Source: an uncultured Gemmatimonadales bacterium (GTDB taxonomy: Bacteria; Gemmatimonadota; Gemmatimonadetes; Gemmatimonadales; Gemmatimonadaceae). From it: a stretch of DNA of 64,000 nucleotides. Below are positions 63,539 through 64,000 of the stretch, in pieces. Below the pieces are notes generated by a model. That model searched no databases and was not told where the DNA came from. It saw only the letters and a list, made by a program, of their open reading frames with translations. The first letter of the stretch is position 1. Every line of letters begins with the position of its first letter. The stretch is taken from assembly GCA_963850905.1 (NCBI GenBank), contig CAWKMU010000003.1:3456001-3520000 (forward strand). The letters run 5' to 3'. The position numbers were made by a program, and so were the translations under genes.

Positions 63539-63697
63539 GGGGTCTGGGGTCTGGGGTCTGGGGTCTGGGAACAAATCGAAAGGCCGATCACGGTGCACGG
63601 TGAACGGCCTTGGACCGGTAGGGGCAACGCTTTGCGTCGCCCGCCGTTGTCGTTGCAGTTGTCGTTACCAGACCCCAGACCCCAAACCCCAGACCCC
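63539..63697. repeat. Composite REP-containing element, copy B, with inverted heptamer arrays
   Basis: (GGGGTCT)x4 at 63539-66, REP at 63618-42, (AGACCCC)x4 with one mismatch at 63670-97. Confidence 0.85.
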
Positions 63698-63701
63698 GCT
63701 G

Positions 63702-64000
63702 TTACGGCGTCTGCATCCCACCCTGCATCATCTGCTGCCTCTGCCGCATCGCCTCGACACGCCGGCGCAGCTGCTCCTGCAAGGCGTAGTAACGCACCCG
63801 CTGCGAAGGCGTGAGGAACGTCGCAAGCTCGCGCTGCTCGGACTGCAGCATGTCGATGCGCTCGTGCTGCAACGCAAACAACGAGTCCACTAGCGTCCCG
63901 AGTCGATTCTCGTCCGGCGCAGCGCCGGGCCGCAACTCCGCGCGCATCGCCTGCCGGATCTGCCGCTCCCGCATCTGCAGGTCGCGTCGCTGCGGCGCGA
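63702..64000 (-). CDS. C-terminal part of a Spy/CpxP-like helical protein
   Basis: Helical Q/R/E-rich sequence with FLTPSQRVRY (LTxxQ) motif; open to the window edge. Confidence 0.65.
   Translation of the reverse strand, partial: APQRRDLQMRERQIRQAMRAELRPGAAPDENRLGTLVDSLFALQHERIDMLQSEQRELATFLTPSQRVRYYALQEQLRRRVEAMRQRQQMMQGGMQTP

Overview
GC-rich bacterial chromosome segment. The gene content (three ATPase-less ADOP-type permeases, one with a PadR partner) suggests Gemmatimonadota or an Acidobacteriota-like lineage, which is inference only. Bases 1-44 kb hold transport, hydrolase, envelope and regulatory genes. Their intergenic spaces carry GTAG-type REP palindromes and heptamer tandem repeats. 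Bases ~44-59.6 kb are a mobile hotspot ending at tRNA-Leu(CAA). It contains an ~8.4 kb element bounded by a 57-bp duplication of the tRNA 3' end, carrying a CheB-CheR-PAS-kinase gene, a degenerate receiver, two small paralogous proteins, an IS30 and a truncated integrase. Outside that element lie a second integrase remnant, a DDE transposon and an ISL3. The strongest novelty candidates are: (1) a ClpC-type N-terminal domain with intact phospho-arginine pocket residues fused to a chlamydial-type pyruvoyl arginine decarboxylase; (2) a divergent four-gene envelope cluster with a mirror-symmetric control region; (3) the island signalling module; (4) a composite REP/heptamer repeat element; (5) a Rid7-DUF5996 fusion and several apparent pseudo-enzymes. 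All family assignments come from motif recognition by eye; no searches were run.
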